A program made the translations under genes and the position numbers. 64,000 nucleotides of DNA, taken from NCBI GenBank assembly GCA_951406725.2, contig OX597819.1, positions 81,282,001-81,346,000 on the forward strand. Reading direction: 5' to 3'. The number at the start of each line of letters is the position of its first letter. Positions within the stretch are counted from its first letter, which is position 1. Of the stretch, positions 39,613 through 52,665 are shown one piece after another. Below the pieces are notes generated by a model. It worked only from the letters and a program-made list of their open reading frames with translations. It searched no databases and was not told the origin of the DNA. The DNA comes from Octopus vulgaris. Taxonomy: Eukaryota.

Positions 39613-39888
39613 AAACACAGCTCCCATGACTTTCGGAAACATTTTTTCATTGCCGGCATCAGTTGTTAGTTGTCGGAGCACTGCATCCTTCAAAATGTCC
39701 ATGCTTCCTGAGATTCGCCAACACTAAACCTGATTTCCTCCCCTCCATACACACGCAAGCATGTTCTTACTCATACTGCTCACTAACCAGGCATTTGTAC
39801 ATTACTGCATATGCTTAATACGCACTTTTGACAAATTGTGGTACACCTGAGCACTGTATACAATAATTTCATTATTATTATTATTATT
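39613..39888 (+). mobile_element. CR1-like 3' end with (ATT)n tail
   Basis: CCATGACTTTCGGAAACA and CACCTG(A/G)GCACTGTATACAA shared with 6220-6410. Confidence 0.85.
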
Positions 39889-40371
39889 ACAACGTAGTTA
39901 TTTTACCCGCTATAAACAAGTCCCTGAAACCACACCCTGCTGAAGTCCTAGAGATGCAAAACAACCAGGTGAAATCATAATTCTGCTTAATTATGTCTGA
40001 TCTGGAGCTAAAAATGAAAAACAACTTCTTGCTTGGTAGAAAATAACTAATATCGAATTCTAATTCTGGAAACCAATTGGAAGGAAATATAATCAAATTA
40101 TTCGAAGTTGTGCAATAGTGCTATTCCTGTCATCGATTTTACATTGATGAAAGCAAAGTCAAACCCTGCGAAATTTCTACTCATAACGTATATGGATTTA
40201 ACTAAATTGTTTCCCTTTCTTCCTCGGGTCCTTGGGCTTATAAGGCCGGTTACCCAAGACGTAAAAATGATCGAGATCACATCATTGACCTGAAAGGGAT
40301 GCCAGTCTGTGGCACGATCAAAGGCAAGCAAATTTAGTCCACTCCAGTACGCGACAGGTACATTATTTTAA

Positions 40372-42490
40372 CCCGTTAGTGTTAAGACTGGCCAACATTA
40401 TTTTCCCTTTGACGTCAGCAAGTAGCGACTTTGAAGGTTTTACTCTTTATGATGTACAAAATATAAGCGAAAATAACAGTGATTTGTCTCCGGACCAACT
40501 TATTTACTTGTACTTGTAGCGACATTCACCCTGGGCGGGTTGAGTCGGCTTCTTCTACTACCTTCGAGGCATCTCGAACCATGGCAGCTCACGCAAGATT
40601 GTCCTGCGCCAGTTCACTGCAGATAGCGAGCCAGTCACGGTTCCATCGGCGCAGGCCGACCACCTGCGGACCCGTGAGCACGGAGAGGTCCTCCTTGATC
40701 GTCGTAACCCAGGTCTTCAGGTATCCACCCACGCGTTTCCGCCAGTTGGGAAGTGGAGTTGGGAGAAGGACATCACGGCTCGGTTCACCCACCGGACGCC
40801 TACATGCATGGCCAAACCACCGCAAGCGCCGTTGCAGAAGGACAGATGAAAGGGGCCGTAGAGACAGGCGAAGTCGGAGATTGGCGGTGGGAACTCGATC
40901 CACCCGACGGCAGCGAAGAATGCACCGGAGGCAGTAATTGTCAAAGTCTTCCAGCCTTCGTTGATCGACCATCCGCATAGGCCACGTTTCACAGCTGTAC
41001 GAACGACGGCCTGATATATTTGCCCTTTGGTCACCGATGAGATCTCCGAACCAAATCTGATATCGATATTAATGAATTTTCGTCGAACTAGGAAGAAAAT
41101 TTTGATAATGAAAGTGAAGAAAATTACGATATTCAAAACATTACAACAACACAGTCTATGATTACTACAACAACAACCACAACTCCCTATTTCACAGAAA
41201 AGCTGGTCCACAACACAAATTGCCTCCTGATGCTCAACCCTTGGACTATTTAGTTTTAATTTTACCAGAAATTTTTTTTTTTAACTGTTGTGGGAGAAAC
41301 GAATAAATATGCTCAACGCATGATTTCTATTCGTGGAAGACTCGACCCACTACAGCAGCCAACCAATACTGCGGAAATGCAAGCTTTCTTTTTACCATAA
41401 ATATTGTTTGGTATCAAGCAGCTTCCTCGACTGTGGAACTACTGGAATCCTGGTGTAAGGTATTGTGATCCATATACCTCTAGCTTTATGTCGAAAACGA
41501 GGTACTCGAAAATATCTCAATATTTACATTTATCTGATTCTATTAATGCCCCCAGCAAGAATGTCCCAAACTAGTATTGTCTCTAACTGAACCATTTCAC
41601 CATCAATAGCAACACCTGTATTTCGACCGTTCTTTTTTCTTCGGGGGCTTTGGCGGGACATCTTGTTCATGTAAGTACTTAACGTGCAGTACTGTTATGA
41701 GGAGCCGTCAAAGGCTACCACGTGAAATGAAAACAACAATTTTTAAAAAAAAAGTGGCCGATATTCTTCAATTACAGAAAGAAAATTTGTTTGTAACATT
41801 ATATAAAAGCAAAAAGCAGATTTTATTCCTGTCTACCAATGAATAACCTGGTGTTGGTGGTGAGGAAAACCCGCAGTGAATTTAACTATTGTTAATTCAT
41901 ATATTGTTTATGTAATAAGCCACAAGGTAAATCCGCCACGAAAGGACTACGACCATATGAAATTTAGGTTTGATATTGCAACACAATTACGTGAGAGCAT
42001 TTCTTCCAGAAAACACAGAACTAAGAGAAAATCAAAATTAACTAAGGTGGATGTCAACAGAGAAAATATTAACTTTCATAACGTTGATAAAAAATAAATG
42101 GGGAAAAGAAAGTTTGTAGATTTTGTTCGTTGCAAAAAAGAAAAACTGCAAAAAGGTATCAAGTTGAAACTTCATTTATGTGTCATTTATGCAAAGTGCC
42201 CTTGTGTAAAAAGTGCTTTAGACAATTTCATTATGGGATAATTATATTTTGTTATTTGATAGAAATACAATCATATATTCCTTTCATTTTATTATAAATA
42301 TGTGTAAATGAGAAATACATATTAATTCACATTTGTCTCATCTGTTAATCTTTATTAGATGCATTCTGTTAAGTAAATGTACTCATTAAATTGTATAAGA
42401 GTACGTCGATTATACTTGTATTTTAATTAATTCAAATTTATGCACCTCATCATAAAAAGTGGCAAAATTGCTGGCGGTTGACATCTGGGA
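40372..42490 (+). mobile_element. Decayed, internally deleted piggyBac transposon
   Basis: Left TTAA|CCCGTTAG. Remnants QPLDYF..ETNKYAQ, LPRLWNYW, MSKTRYSKISQYLHLSD, IVNSYIVY..KFRFDIATQL and cysteine-rich CRFC..ETSFMCHLCKVPLCKKCFRQFH. Right terminus approximate. Confidence 0.85.
40497..41050 (-). mobile_element. RTE-type LINE 3' fragment nested in the piggyBac
   Basis: TKGQIYQAVVR, FDNYCLRCIL..QRRLRWFGHACRR..KTWVTTIKEDL..ELAQD, with (CAAGTA)n-like tail. Confidence 0.85.
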
Positions 42491-43774
42491 TAATTTTAGT
42501 AACAAATCAAGCAGGCAACATACATCATTCTGTATATGTGATGTGTGTGTGTGTGCGACGTGCTGACAGAATCTTTAGAACGTCGGACAAAAATGCCTTG
42601 TAGTACTCGCTCCGAATACTTACGTTCTGAGTTCAAATCTCATCGAGGTTAACTTAGCTTTTCATTATTTTGGAGTCGATGAAATTAAGTACCAATCAAG
42701 TACTGGTATCGATGTTATCGTCAATCCCACATCCCTCAAAATTACTGGCCGTGTGCCAAAATCAAAATCTATTATACGATGTGTTTGTTTGTACGTGTAC
42801 ATTTGATTTTATCCTTGTAAAAGTATTTAACAGGAAATTATTAGCACAAAATCACTAGATATTGCCAATAAATTGCCAGTTTTATTCATATTTGCCTAAT
42901 CCTGCAGTATAAAATTTCTAATAGAAAAGCGGTGAAAAAAAAAAGAATAAACAAGTATGACTTAGTTGTTTGGAAACTGGAAAATGAAGGTGAATTTCCT
43001 TTCTGTAAATTATTTCATTAAAAATTTCTTTGCGTACACAATTAGCATATTTCCAAAGCTTGCGATAAACGAAATTTACCGTTTGTAAACACTTAATGGT
43101 CAACATTACAATTATTTTCATAGTGTTCGTTTTAATAGTGAATGTTAATATTCGTTACCAGCCAACCATATAGTTTCTTGAGTTCTTGATAAAAAAGACA
43201 GCAACAAAAATGATTCCGTTTTGTATTTTGAAATATTTGTCCAAAAGGTTGAAATATGCTGTTTAGAGGTTACTTGTCATCAATATTGTTCAGTAATAAT
43301 TAGAGAACTTTCTGCATCAGTAACAATTTCATATAAAGCAAATATAAACCGAAAAAAATTGCATACTCTCTTTAACTTTGTATCTCACGCGGACATAATT
43401 TAATTTTTGGCTACATTTATAATAAAAGATGAAATATTCTTTAGTCTGTACGAAAGCTCTTTCGATGGTTATTATTCTCACTTAATACTACAAAAGACAA
43501 TATTCGAAGATTTACAGGCAAAATCTTTCAAGTTTTTTATACGAATATTAAGAACAATTTTTCTATAATAACGTGTTAATGCCGTTTACACACATAAAAT
43601 ATATGATAAATTATTCAGTAATAACATTTTCCAGCATATTTTCTTTAATAATTTCTTTGACTACTCAGTTTATAAATTTAATATATTCATTCTTTTTCGT
43701 TGCTATATCATAGTATTTCGTAAAAGAGTTGTATGTAATATGTAGGATTCCCCACCACCACCAAAAAAGGGGAT

Positions 43775-44110
43775 GAAGCCGGGGAAAATGTGTTGTGGCA
43801 TTTTATCTGTCTTTATGTTCTGAGTTCAAATTCCGCCGAGGTCGACTTGGCCTTTCATCCTTTCGGGGTCGATAAATTAAGTACGAGTTACGCACTACAG
43901 ACGATGTAATCGACTTAATCCCTTTGTATGTCCTTGTCTGTCCCCTCTATATTTGGCCCCTTGTGGGCAATAAGAAAACACAAAACAAAAAGAAGTTGAC
44001 TTTGCCTTTCATCCATTCGCACTCGATAAAATAAGCATCAGTTGAGCATTGGGTGGGATCTAATTGTCTAACCCTCTGCCCGAAATTTCTGGCTTTGTGC
44101 CAAACTTTGA
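43775..44110 (+). mobile_element. tRNA-SINE plus partial second copy
   Basis: GAGTTCAAATTCCGCCGAGGTCGAC...CCTTTCATCCTTTCGGGGTCGATAAA. Confidence 0.8.
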
Positions 44111-44146
44111 AATTAATAAATAGGATACTAGCTAATCGTATACGTA

Positions 44147-44979
<833 letters not shown>

Positions 44980-45545
44980 TATACTCCACAAATTTTATGA
45001 GCGTTATTTAATGTAGATAATTTCAGTAGATCGATGATAATATTCTTTCTTGGTTAATGAATTAGGCACACAAAAGGAAAGGCTTATAAAGGTTTTGTAC
45101 CAAGTACTTTTATTTAGTTTTGTTCGCTGTTTCACTTCAATAATTTAATGATTTAGTTTCTTTCACCATACTTACAGGCAGGATATCGTATGGTGATGAT
45201 TTCTACATATCTGGTTCAATGCTTGCAAACTCAGATATCTGAGATCGCGCCAAAAAAAATTCATCTAACCGATTTGCTACAACCATAAACTCTCTCTCTC
45301 TCTCCCTCTCTCCCTCTTTGCCTTTTCTATTGCTACTACATATGCTTCTGCTCCAATGATTTAGCAAATTGCCTACCACAGTTTGCACTAACATTCCTCT
45401 CTGGAACCGCAATCTTCAGAATTCCCCGCTTACATTTGTCCTACGAGCATCTGAATGCAGAAATTTGGGCAAAACCTCAAACTCATCGTTCTCACCAATC
45501 AGAAAATCTACAAAGGTCATGGACTTCTCATTATTATAACCATTA

Positions 45546-46080
45546 TTCCGCCGAGGTCGACTTTACCTTTCATTTTTCAGAGTCGATAAAATAAGTATCA
45601 GTTACGCACTGGGGTCGATATAATCGACTAGCTCCCTCACCACCAAAATTTTCAAGGCCTTGTGCCAGAAGAAGAAATAATAATAATTATTGTTATTATC
45701 AAGGCGGCGAGCTGGCAGAATCGTTAGCATGCCGGGCGAAATGCTCAGCGGTATTTCGTCTGCCGTTACGCTCTGAGTTCAAATTCCGCCGAGGTCGACT
45801 TTGCCTTTCATCCTTTTGGGGTCGATTAAATAAGTACCAGTTACGCACAGATGTCGATATAATCGACTTAATCCGTTTGTCTGTCTTTGTTTGTCCTCTC
45901 TGTATTTAGCCCCTTGTGGGTAGTAAAGAAATAGTTATTTCGTCCGTCAGTACGTTCTGAATTCAAATCCCGCTGAGGTCGACTTTACCTTTCGGGTTCG
46001 ATAAAATAAGCACCAGTAAAATGTTGGGGTCGATGTAATCAACTAGTCACCCCCACCCAAATTTCAGGCCTAGAGTAGAA
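45546..46080 (+). mobile_element. Three co-oriented tRNA-SINE segments (full copy 45702-45931)
   Basis: Same family as 3431. Separated in part by (TAA/ATT)n. Confidence 0.85.
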
Positions 46081-46708
46081 ATTATTATTATCATTAAATT
46101 TAATAATGGTTAATTTATTTTAGCTCAGATTATTAATATTTTAATTTCTTTAATAACCCTCTTATTGGAACATGTATGGAGTATATATTTATATATGTAC
46201 ATACGTACTTTAGTTTTAAGCAAATGTCTTAGATAACCTTTTTCTAACAATATTGCAGGGAGACTTCTTCAACGTACATCGTGTGTCACCTAAAAGCTGT
46301 TTTATTACTGACACACGTAACTAAGTAAATAAAATGGGTTTGGGAAGAGAGCTTCTTTGTTTCTGGAAACTGAATATTAGATGAGGCTACACTCAGTAAC
46401 AGCCGTGTATATGAAGAAGGGTGGGATTCTGAGTCGTAGCAAGTTCACTTCACTCGTAGGCTGTATGCTTCAGATAAAGTATATACTCTTTGATTATGTA
46501 AAGAAGAGATAGAAAGAGAGAGAGAGAGGCTTTTTGATAATACTTTGGAACTCTGAATTAGCAATTTTGTAGCTTACAAGTGCCGAGTTCGAACCTTTTC
46601 ATGTAAGGATCACTGAAGACTCAAATTGTTTCTTATATTTCTCTTAAGGATAAAAATCTTCATAATCAAACTAATCCGAGAGAAACTGTAAAATCCTTAT
46701 TTTGATCT

Positions 46709-47329
46709 GGATCTTTACCTTTTGACCTACAGATTTTTAAAATAATTTTTCGTAACTAAACACTTTTAATCTTCGGACACTGGTAGAATGTGTCATATAA
46801 AACATGTTTTACTCTTAGCATTTTTGAGAAAAACTTATATTTACGAAGATATTTCACCTTAAAGTTCTTGTATTTCGGTAATTTCAACCAATCAATGACG
46901 TATATTCAGCTGAATAAAATTACTGCCGTTGTCTGTCAACAACTATCGGTGGTGTATTTTTCGCTTGTCACTGTTATTTATGACATCGTTCGTGCGTTTG
47001 TACTGGTTTTAGGGTTAGGGTTTTAGGGTTAGGGTTTTAGGGTTAGGGTTGTCATAAATAACAGTGACAAACAAAATATACACCGCCGGAAGTTCTTGTT
47101 GACAAACAACAGCAGTAATTTTATTCAGCTGAATACACGTCATTGATTGGTTGAAATTACCGAAATACGAGAAATTTAAGGCGAAATATCTTCATAAATA
47201 TAAGTTTTTCCCAAAAATGCTAAGAGTAAAACATGTTTTATATGACACATTCTACCAGTGTCTGAAGTTTGAAAGTGTTTAGTTACAAAAAATTCTTTTT
47301 TTAAATCTGTTGGTCAAAATCAAAAATCC
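46709..47329. mobile_element. Foldback MITE with ~280-bp TIRs and telomere-like spacer (Mutator- or Merlin-like)
   Basis: Arms ~46709-46985 / ~47050-47329, GG...CC termini, flanks tttgatct / tttgatcc, centre (TTTTAGGGTTAGGG)x3. Confidence 0.85.
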
Positions 47330-47421
47330 TTTGATCCTCATATTTAAAAGTTATTTGGTAACAATTATAGAGCATTAATTTCATATTGGTGTTGTATAAT
47401 TGTACAAGCACCTGTACAAAC

Positions 47422-47563
47422 GAATCCAGTTTAAAATGTCACAGGAGAAAAACGTCACAGGGATTTTGTCCGAATCCCATAAATCAATTGTGACTTTTTT
47501 CCTAGCCAAAACTGTGATTTTATTAATGTGACTTTTTTGCCTGTGACTTTATTACTGGTTACC
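47422..47563. mobile_element. Small MITE with 8-bp TSD (Merlin-like)
   Basis: Perfect TSD GTACAAAC (47414-21, 47564-71). Imperfect TIRs with GTCACAGG / (C)TGTGAC subterminal repeats. Confidence 0.7.
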
Positions 47564-47932
47564 GTACAAACACCTGTCATACCTTACCTTGTTGTACATA
47601 TTCGACAGTATAGTTTCTGTGTTTCTTTCGATAATTTATCCATGCTTCTGAAAATATCCTTTTGATTACAGAATTTTCTCTTTATTACAACTTTCAATCA
47701 ATGAAGTGTCTACTATAGAACTTTTTCTTTCTTCTTTTAACGCTGCTACAACAATAATGCTTTCAATAACTTCACAAACATAGACGCAGACGTGGTAACA
47801 AGTTTGCTTCCTAACCACATGGCTCCCTGCTCACTCCCACTGTGTAGCACCTTGGGCAAGTATCTTTTACTGGAACTTCGAGCCGACTAAAGCCCTGTGA
47901 GCGGATTTGTAAGACCGAAACTGAAAGAAACT

Positions 47933-47965
<33 letters not shown>

Positions 47966-48188
47966 CTTTATTTTAAGCAGCAGAAAATTCAACAAAATCT
48001 GTTACTCTGAGTTTCTCGTTGCCGTTCATCAGACAGTTTTTGCTAAAACTGTCTGATGAACGGCAACGAGAAACTCAGAGTAACAGATTTTGTTGAATTT
48101 TCTGCTGCTTAAAATAAAGCATATTACTCTACCACTGGTATTTGAGTACTCTTTTTTCCACCTTGTTTCACATTTATGTGTTTACTCC

Positions 48189-48190
<2 letters not shown>
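47966..48190. mobile_element. (TA)n-flanked perfect hairpin with two head-to-head hammerheads
   Basis: 75-bp arms 47966-48040 / 48045-48119 are exact reverse complements, loop TGCT, ~70 bp single tail. Confidence 0.9.
48045..48091 (+). ncRNA. Minimal type I hammerhead (mirror copy on minus strand at ~47994-48040)
   Basis: aaaactgt-CTGATGA(48053-59)-a-cg gcaa cg-a-GAAA(48070-73)-ctcaga-GTA(48080-82)-acagatttt. Helix III ACTC-A-GAGT. Confidence 0.8.
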
Positions 48191-48228
<38 letters not shown>

Positions 48229-49297
48229 TGTGTGTGCGCGTGCCTTTGTATCTGTGTTTATCCCTGCAACTTAGTGGTTCGGCAAAAGAGACCGATAGAT
48301 TAAATACCAGGCTTTAAAAATTGAATTGTTGTAGGTGAAGCAAAAGCGTTAATTTTATCAACACTGGAAAAATAAAAGTTATAAGTAAGTTTGGTGAGAT
48401 TCGAATTCACAATATCCCATGGTATTTTTTAAAATCTAACTCTGTTGATTCTAGTACTTCAGATGTCCACCGTCCTAGTACTTACAGCACAATACTGACT
48501 GTGTTAACTCGCCCAATATCCCAACTTTATTATTGTAGCGAGTTACTTTTTGTGACAACAGCTTTTATTTTCTAACATCGCTTGACAAACCGGTGTCATA
48601 TTTTTTATGTCATTGCATCTTAGCTGTTCAGTAAAAAAATAAGTTCCAGGGGCCATTTGTTCGACTAAACCTTCCAATGTGGTGCCCAAGCATAGCCCAA
48701 CATGGCTCAGCAAAGACTAAAACAAGCAAAGCAAATAAATAAATAAATAAACAACCAATGTTTTGCTGCGAAATAAACTTTTCCATTATCTGTTTAGCTG
48801 ACAAGTATTTCTCAGTTAACAAAGTTAGTCTTTTATCCTACCTCACAGAAACAGACCAAAGACAACATAAGTCTTCAACTCCCCCATATATTCAGATATC
48901 TTTCTACTATCTCCAAAGTTACGAAAAGATAAGAAATAGCCAGCTTCTAAATCTAACAGATAACCCTTTGATCTATGGCCGTGTATCACTTCAAGAAAAC
49001 TTTTAGTCAGCTAATACTACAGTGATAGTATAAAATCACGTTTTTTTAAAGTAACAAGGTTTTTGATAAAATTTGGCACCGAAGTTTATTCTAAAGGCTA
49101 CCCTTTCCAAGAGATCAACTGAAACCGCCTTACTTTCAATCTTTATGAATGACGATTTGTCTAATCTCACAGTTACTCGTCTTTCATTCATAGTTCAGTT
49201 ACAAACTAGTTTCTTCATCAAGGATACTATACTGGCAATAATACATACGTTCCGTCTTTCATCCAACCGGCAATCACATCAAATTTCGGTATGTGAA

Positions 49298-49370
<73 letters not shown>

Positions 49371-49599
49371 GTCATGATGATGATGGGGATGATGATGAAT
49401 TCTTTTATTTGCCACAGGAGATATATGTGCGTGTATGTATGAGTATGTATACAAAAACACATACATATAAAATGTGTATACATACAGACATATAGAGAGA
49501 GATTGATAAAAAATATATATTCACATATATATTGGGTGTATGTGTGTGTGTGTGTGTAATAAATTGCTACAATATACTAGTATGCATAATATCTATAAT

Positions 49600-50010
49600 A
49601 TATACGAAAGACCCTGGAATGCCTAGCATCCAGCTTTGGAATTGAAAGTTATGCCAACAACAGAACTGAACACTATTGTATTCTACTAAAGATGCTGCTT
49701 TTCTCCATCTAGTGTAAGGAACCAGTATTGTAACAGCTTATATTTGAAGAGTCCACATTTTTCCAAAACTCAACTCTATCAAGTCAGAGATCTACAACGT
49801 GTAGATGTGGATGTGTTCAAAGAACATTTGGACAAATTTTATCTGGAATCAGAGAAATCCACATCGTTGGAGGAAATATAAAATAGAGCAGCTCTGTCTT
49901 GTTCGCCGCTCCACCAGAATCGGTTACGAAGAGAGAGCCAGAAAGTGAGTGGGAAATATAGCCACACTAAAATGTGGTAACCCAACTTAACTACAACCTC
50001 TGGCTGAAAC
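49600..50010 (+). mobile_element. Decayed CR1-group LINE 3' end
   Basis: Remnant peptide SVRNQYCNSL..RDLQRVDVDVFKEHLDKF..RAA. Confidence 0.55.
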
Positions 50011-50079
50011 TAGTATAATATATGTAATTATATATGTATGTATACATATACATATATATATAGGGAGAGTTTTCGAGTT

Positions 50080-50111
<32 letters not shown>

Positions 50112-50327
50112 TGAGGGGGTGCGAAAAAGTTCCTGGATTGAAGTAAACGAAAATGCAGGTGGATCAGTCAATTATTATTTTATTCAACATATTTCGTTTT
50201 CAGATTCACACACTTATTGCAGCGGTCCTTCAGTTCTTCTAAGCCCTGCAAAAGAATTCGGAAGGTTGGCCTCCAACCAGGCCATTCGCGTCACCCTTAA
50301 AGCCAGGAACTTTTCAGCACATCCCCA
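50112..50327. mobile_element. Tc1/mariner-type MITE
   Basis: TA-flanked TIRs GAGGGGGTGCGAAAAAGTTCCTGG / CCAGGAACTTTTCAGCACATCCCC. Confidence 0.75.
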
Positions 50328-50342
50328 TACATACATACATAG

Positions 50343-50376
<34 letters not shown>

Positions 50377-50898
50377 CGCATACACATGCACCCAAATACA
50401 TGATATAAGCACGTTGTATATATTTATAAATTTACGAACAACTTCTTACTACTTCTCTCTCTCTCTTTTTCATTCTATCACTCTCTCTCTCTCTCTGGTA
50501 AGCAGACATATCTCACATATGCATTCACATTTTGACACCTGTTCATAGGTTGTCACTTCCATTCTCTCTGCTTTTTTTTATATATACCTCTCACGTATAC
50601 CATAAATTCATACCCAAACACTTAATCCCACCTCCCGTGAACAAATATTGTTTAATAATATATAATATATATCTAAGGTAGCGAGCTGGCAGAATTGTTA
50701 GCACGCTAGAATTTCACCTGTTTTGACGTTCCGACTTTGCCTTTCGTTCCATCGAGATCGATAAAATAAGTATAAGCTGAGCACTGGAGTCGATGTAATT
50801 GACTTACCTCAACCCACAAAATTGGTGACCTTAAGCCAAAACTTGAAACCAACATAATGTGTGTATCCATGTATGTTTACACACACACACATAGATAC

Positions 50899-51006
<108 letters not shown>

Positions 51007-51246
51007 ACTATGATACTTGAAGTAATATTCGTTAGGAAGCAGTTATTAGTAATTGTGACTGACAGAAATGTTTTCAATAAAATAAAATTCGTCATTTTAT
51101 ATTTTACAGCTGATAAAATAGATAATTCTATTGCTTTCTTTTATTCCATTGTTGCATCGGTTGCGTCAACCAGACCGATGGGATTTAACACTCACATACA
51201 TATATACACACTCAATCATATCTTTCACCACTCAAATAGCAATATC

Positions 51247-51679
51247 AGTAGTTCCCGACCGGGATCCGTATGACCCTTGGGGAACCATGTAAGATTTTGT
51301 TGCTAAATTTATGAGTAATAAAATCGGTTATACTACATTGCACAAAACAGTTCAACCATTTCTTTTATACTAGTAATATTCAATTATAAAAAATATAACA
51401 CGATTTTGTTGAAACACCGAATGAGTATACGGGTCCAGTAGAATAAAATGGATAGCAAATGGATAGTGTAAGGAACCAGTATTGTAACAGCTTATATTTG
51501 AAGAGCCCACATTTTTCCAAAACTCAACTCTATCAAGTCAGAGATCTACAACGTGTAGATGTGGGTGTGTTCAAAGAACATTTGGACAAATTTTATCTAG
51601 AATCAGAGAAATCCACATCGTTGGAGGAAACATAAAATAGAGCAGCTCTGTCTTGTTCGCCGCTCCACTAGAACCATTG
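51247..51679. mobile_element. hAT-type MITE interrupted by a copy of 49710-49919
   Basis: Left CAGTAGTTCCC, right GAACCATTG. Insert at 51464-51673. Confidence 0.55.
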
Positions 51680-51899
51680 AGCTATTCGAGCATATAGATA
51701 AATTTACACATACAATGTGTGTACATCTCACTTAACCATTATCCTTCCCTCTTTCCAACTCCTCTCAAACATATACTCACACACCAAAAACCTAAATGAC
51801 ACACACTAATACAATAAGCCGATGCTAAAAGTTTTTAAAAGTGCTTGAAATTAAATCCATCTCAAGTTCTCCTTGCGCACCACCTATTCGCACATTGCT

Positions 51900-52665
51900 A
51901 AAATATTGGGAAAATGCCATGCAGCAGTTGTTCCGGCTCTTTACGGTTTGAGCTCAAAGCCTACCGTAATCAGTGTTTGCTTTCATCCTTTCGGAATTGA
52001 TAAAATAAAGGACCAGTTAAATATACATGATGATGTAGTCAACTAACCCCACACCCACCACAAATTTCAGTCCTTATGCACAATAATGGTTTCGAATTTT
52101 GGTACGTGACCAGCAATTTCGGGGTAGGTGATAAGTCGATTACGTCTACCCCAGTGCTCAGCTGGTAACAATTCTGCCAGCTCACCGCCGTTTTTATGCC
52201 TAATATTGGTTTCAAATTTTGGCACAAGGTTCGCAGTTTTGGAGGAAGGAGTAAGTCCACTACAATGACCCCCAGTGTTTAACTGATATTTATTTTATCG
52301 ACCTTGAGAGGATGAAAGGCAAAGTCGGCTACAGCGGAATTTGAATTCAGAATGTGGAGACAGGCGAATCCCTCTAAGCATTTTGCCCGGCGTGCTAAAT
52401 TCTTTCAGCTCACAGTCTTCCTTATACCTAATATTAGAAAGAATATTGGTCAGATTTAGATATTTGGCTGGATGTAAAACTCAATTGAAGGCGATAAGCT
52501 GGCAAAATCGTTAGCACATCGGACAAAATGCTTCTTCCGGCTCAGTGCGTTCTTAGTTCGAATCCCACCGAGGTCAACTTTGCTTTTTAACCCTTTGGGG
52601 TCAATAAAATAAGGTACTAGTCAAATGCTGGTTGCCTCCGTCCTCTCAGAACTGCTAGCCTTGAA
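51900..52665. mobile_element. Cluster of four diverged tRNA-SINEs in mixed orientation
   Basis: Core and B-box motifs near 51950(+), 52085(-), 52205(-), 52489(+). Further single copies near 42560(+), 50677(+), 53995(-). Confidence 0.75.

Larger units (their letters stand above)
47782..48320 (+). mobile_element. Microsatellite-containing SINE hosting the 47966 hairpin
   Basis: 5' part matches 9135-9280 and 3' part matches 2105-2150. The internal (TA)n is interrupted by the insertion. Confidence 0.75.

Noticed and set aside
46259-46316. Possible internal exon GDFFNVHRVSPKSCFITDT
   Set aside because: The acceptor is plausible but the donor (GTAACT) is weak and there is no homology support.
47005-47050. 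True telomere or chromosome fusion site
   Set aside because: Only ~45 bp, one orientation, and enclosed by transposon TIRs with a TSD.
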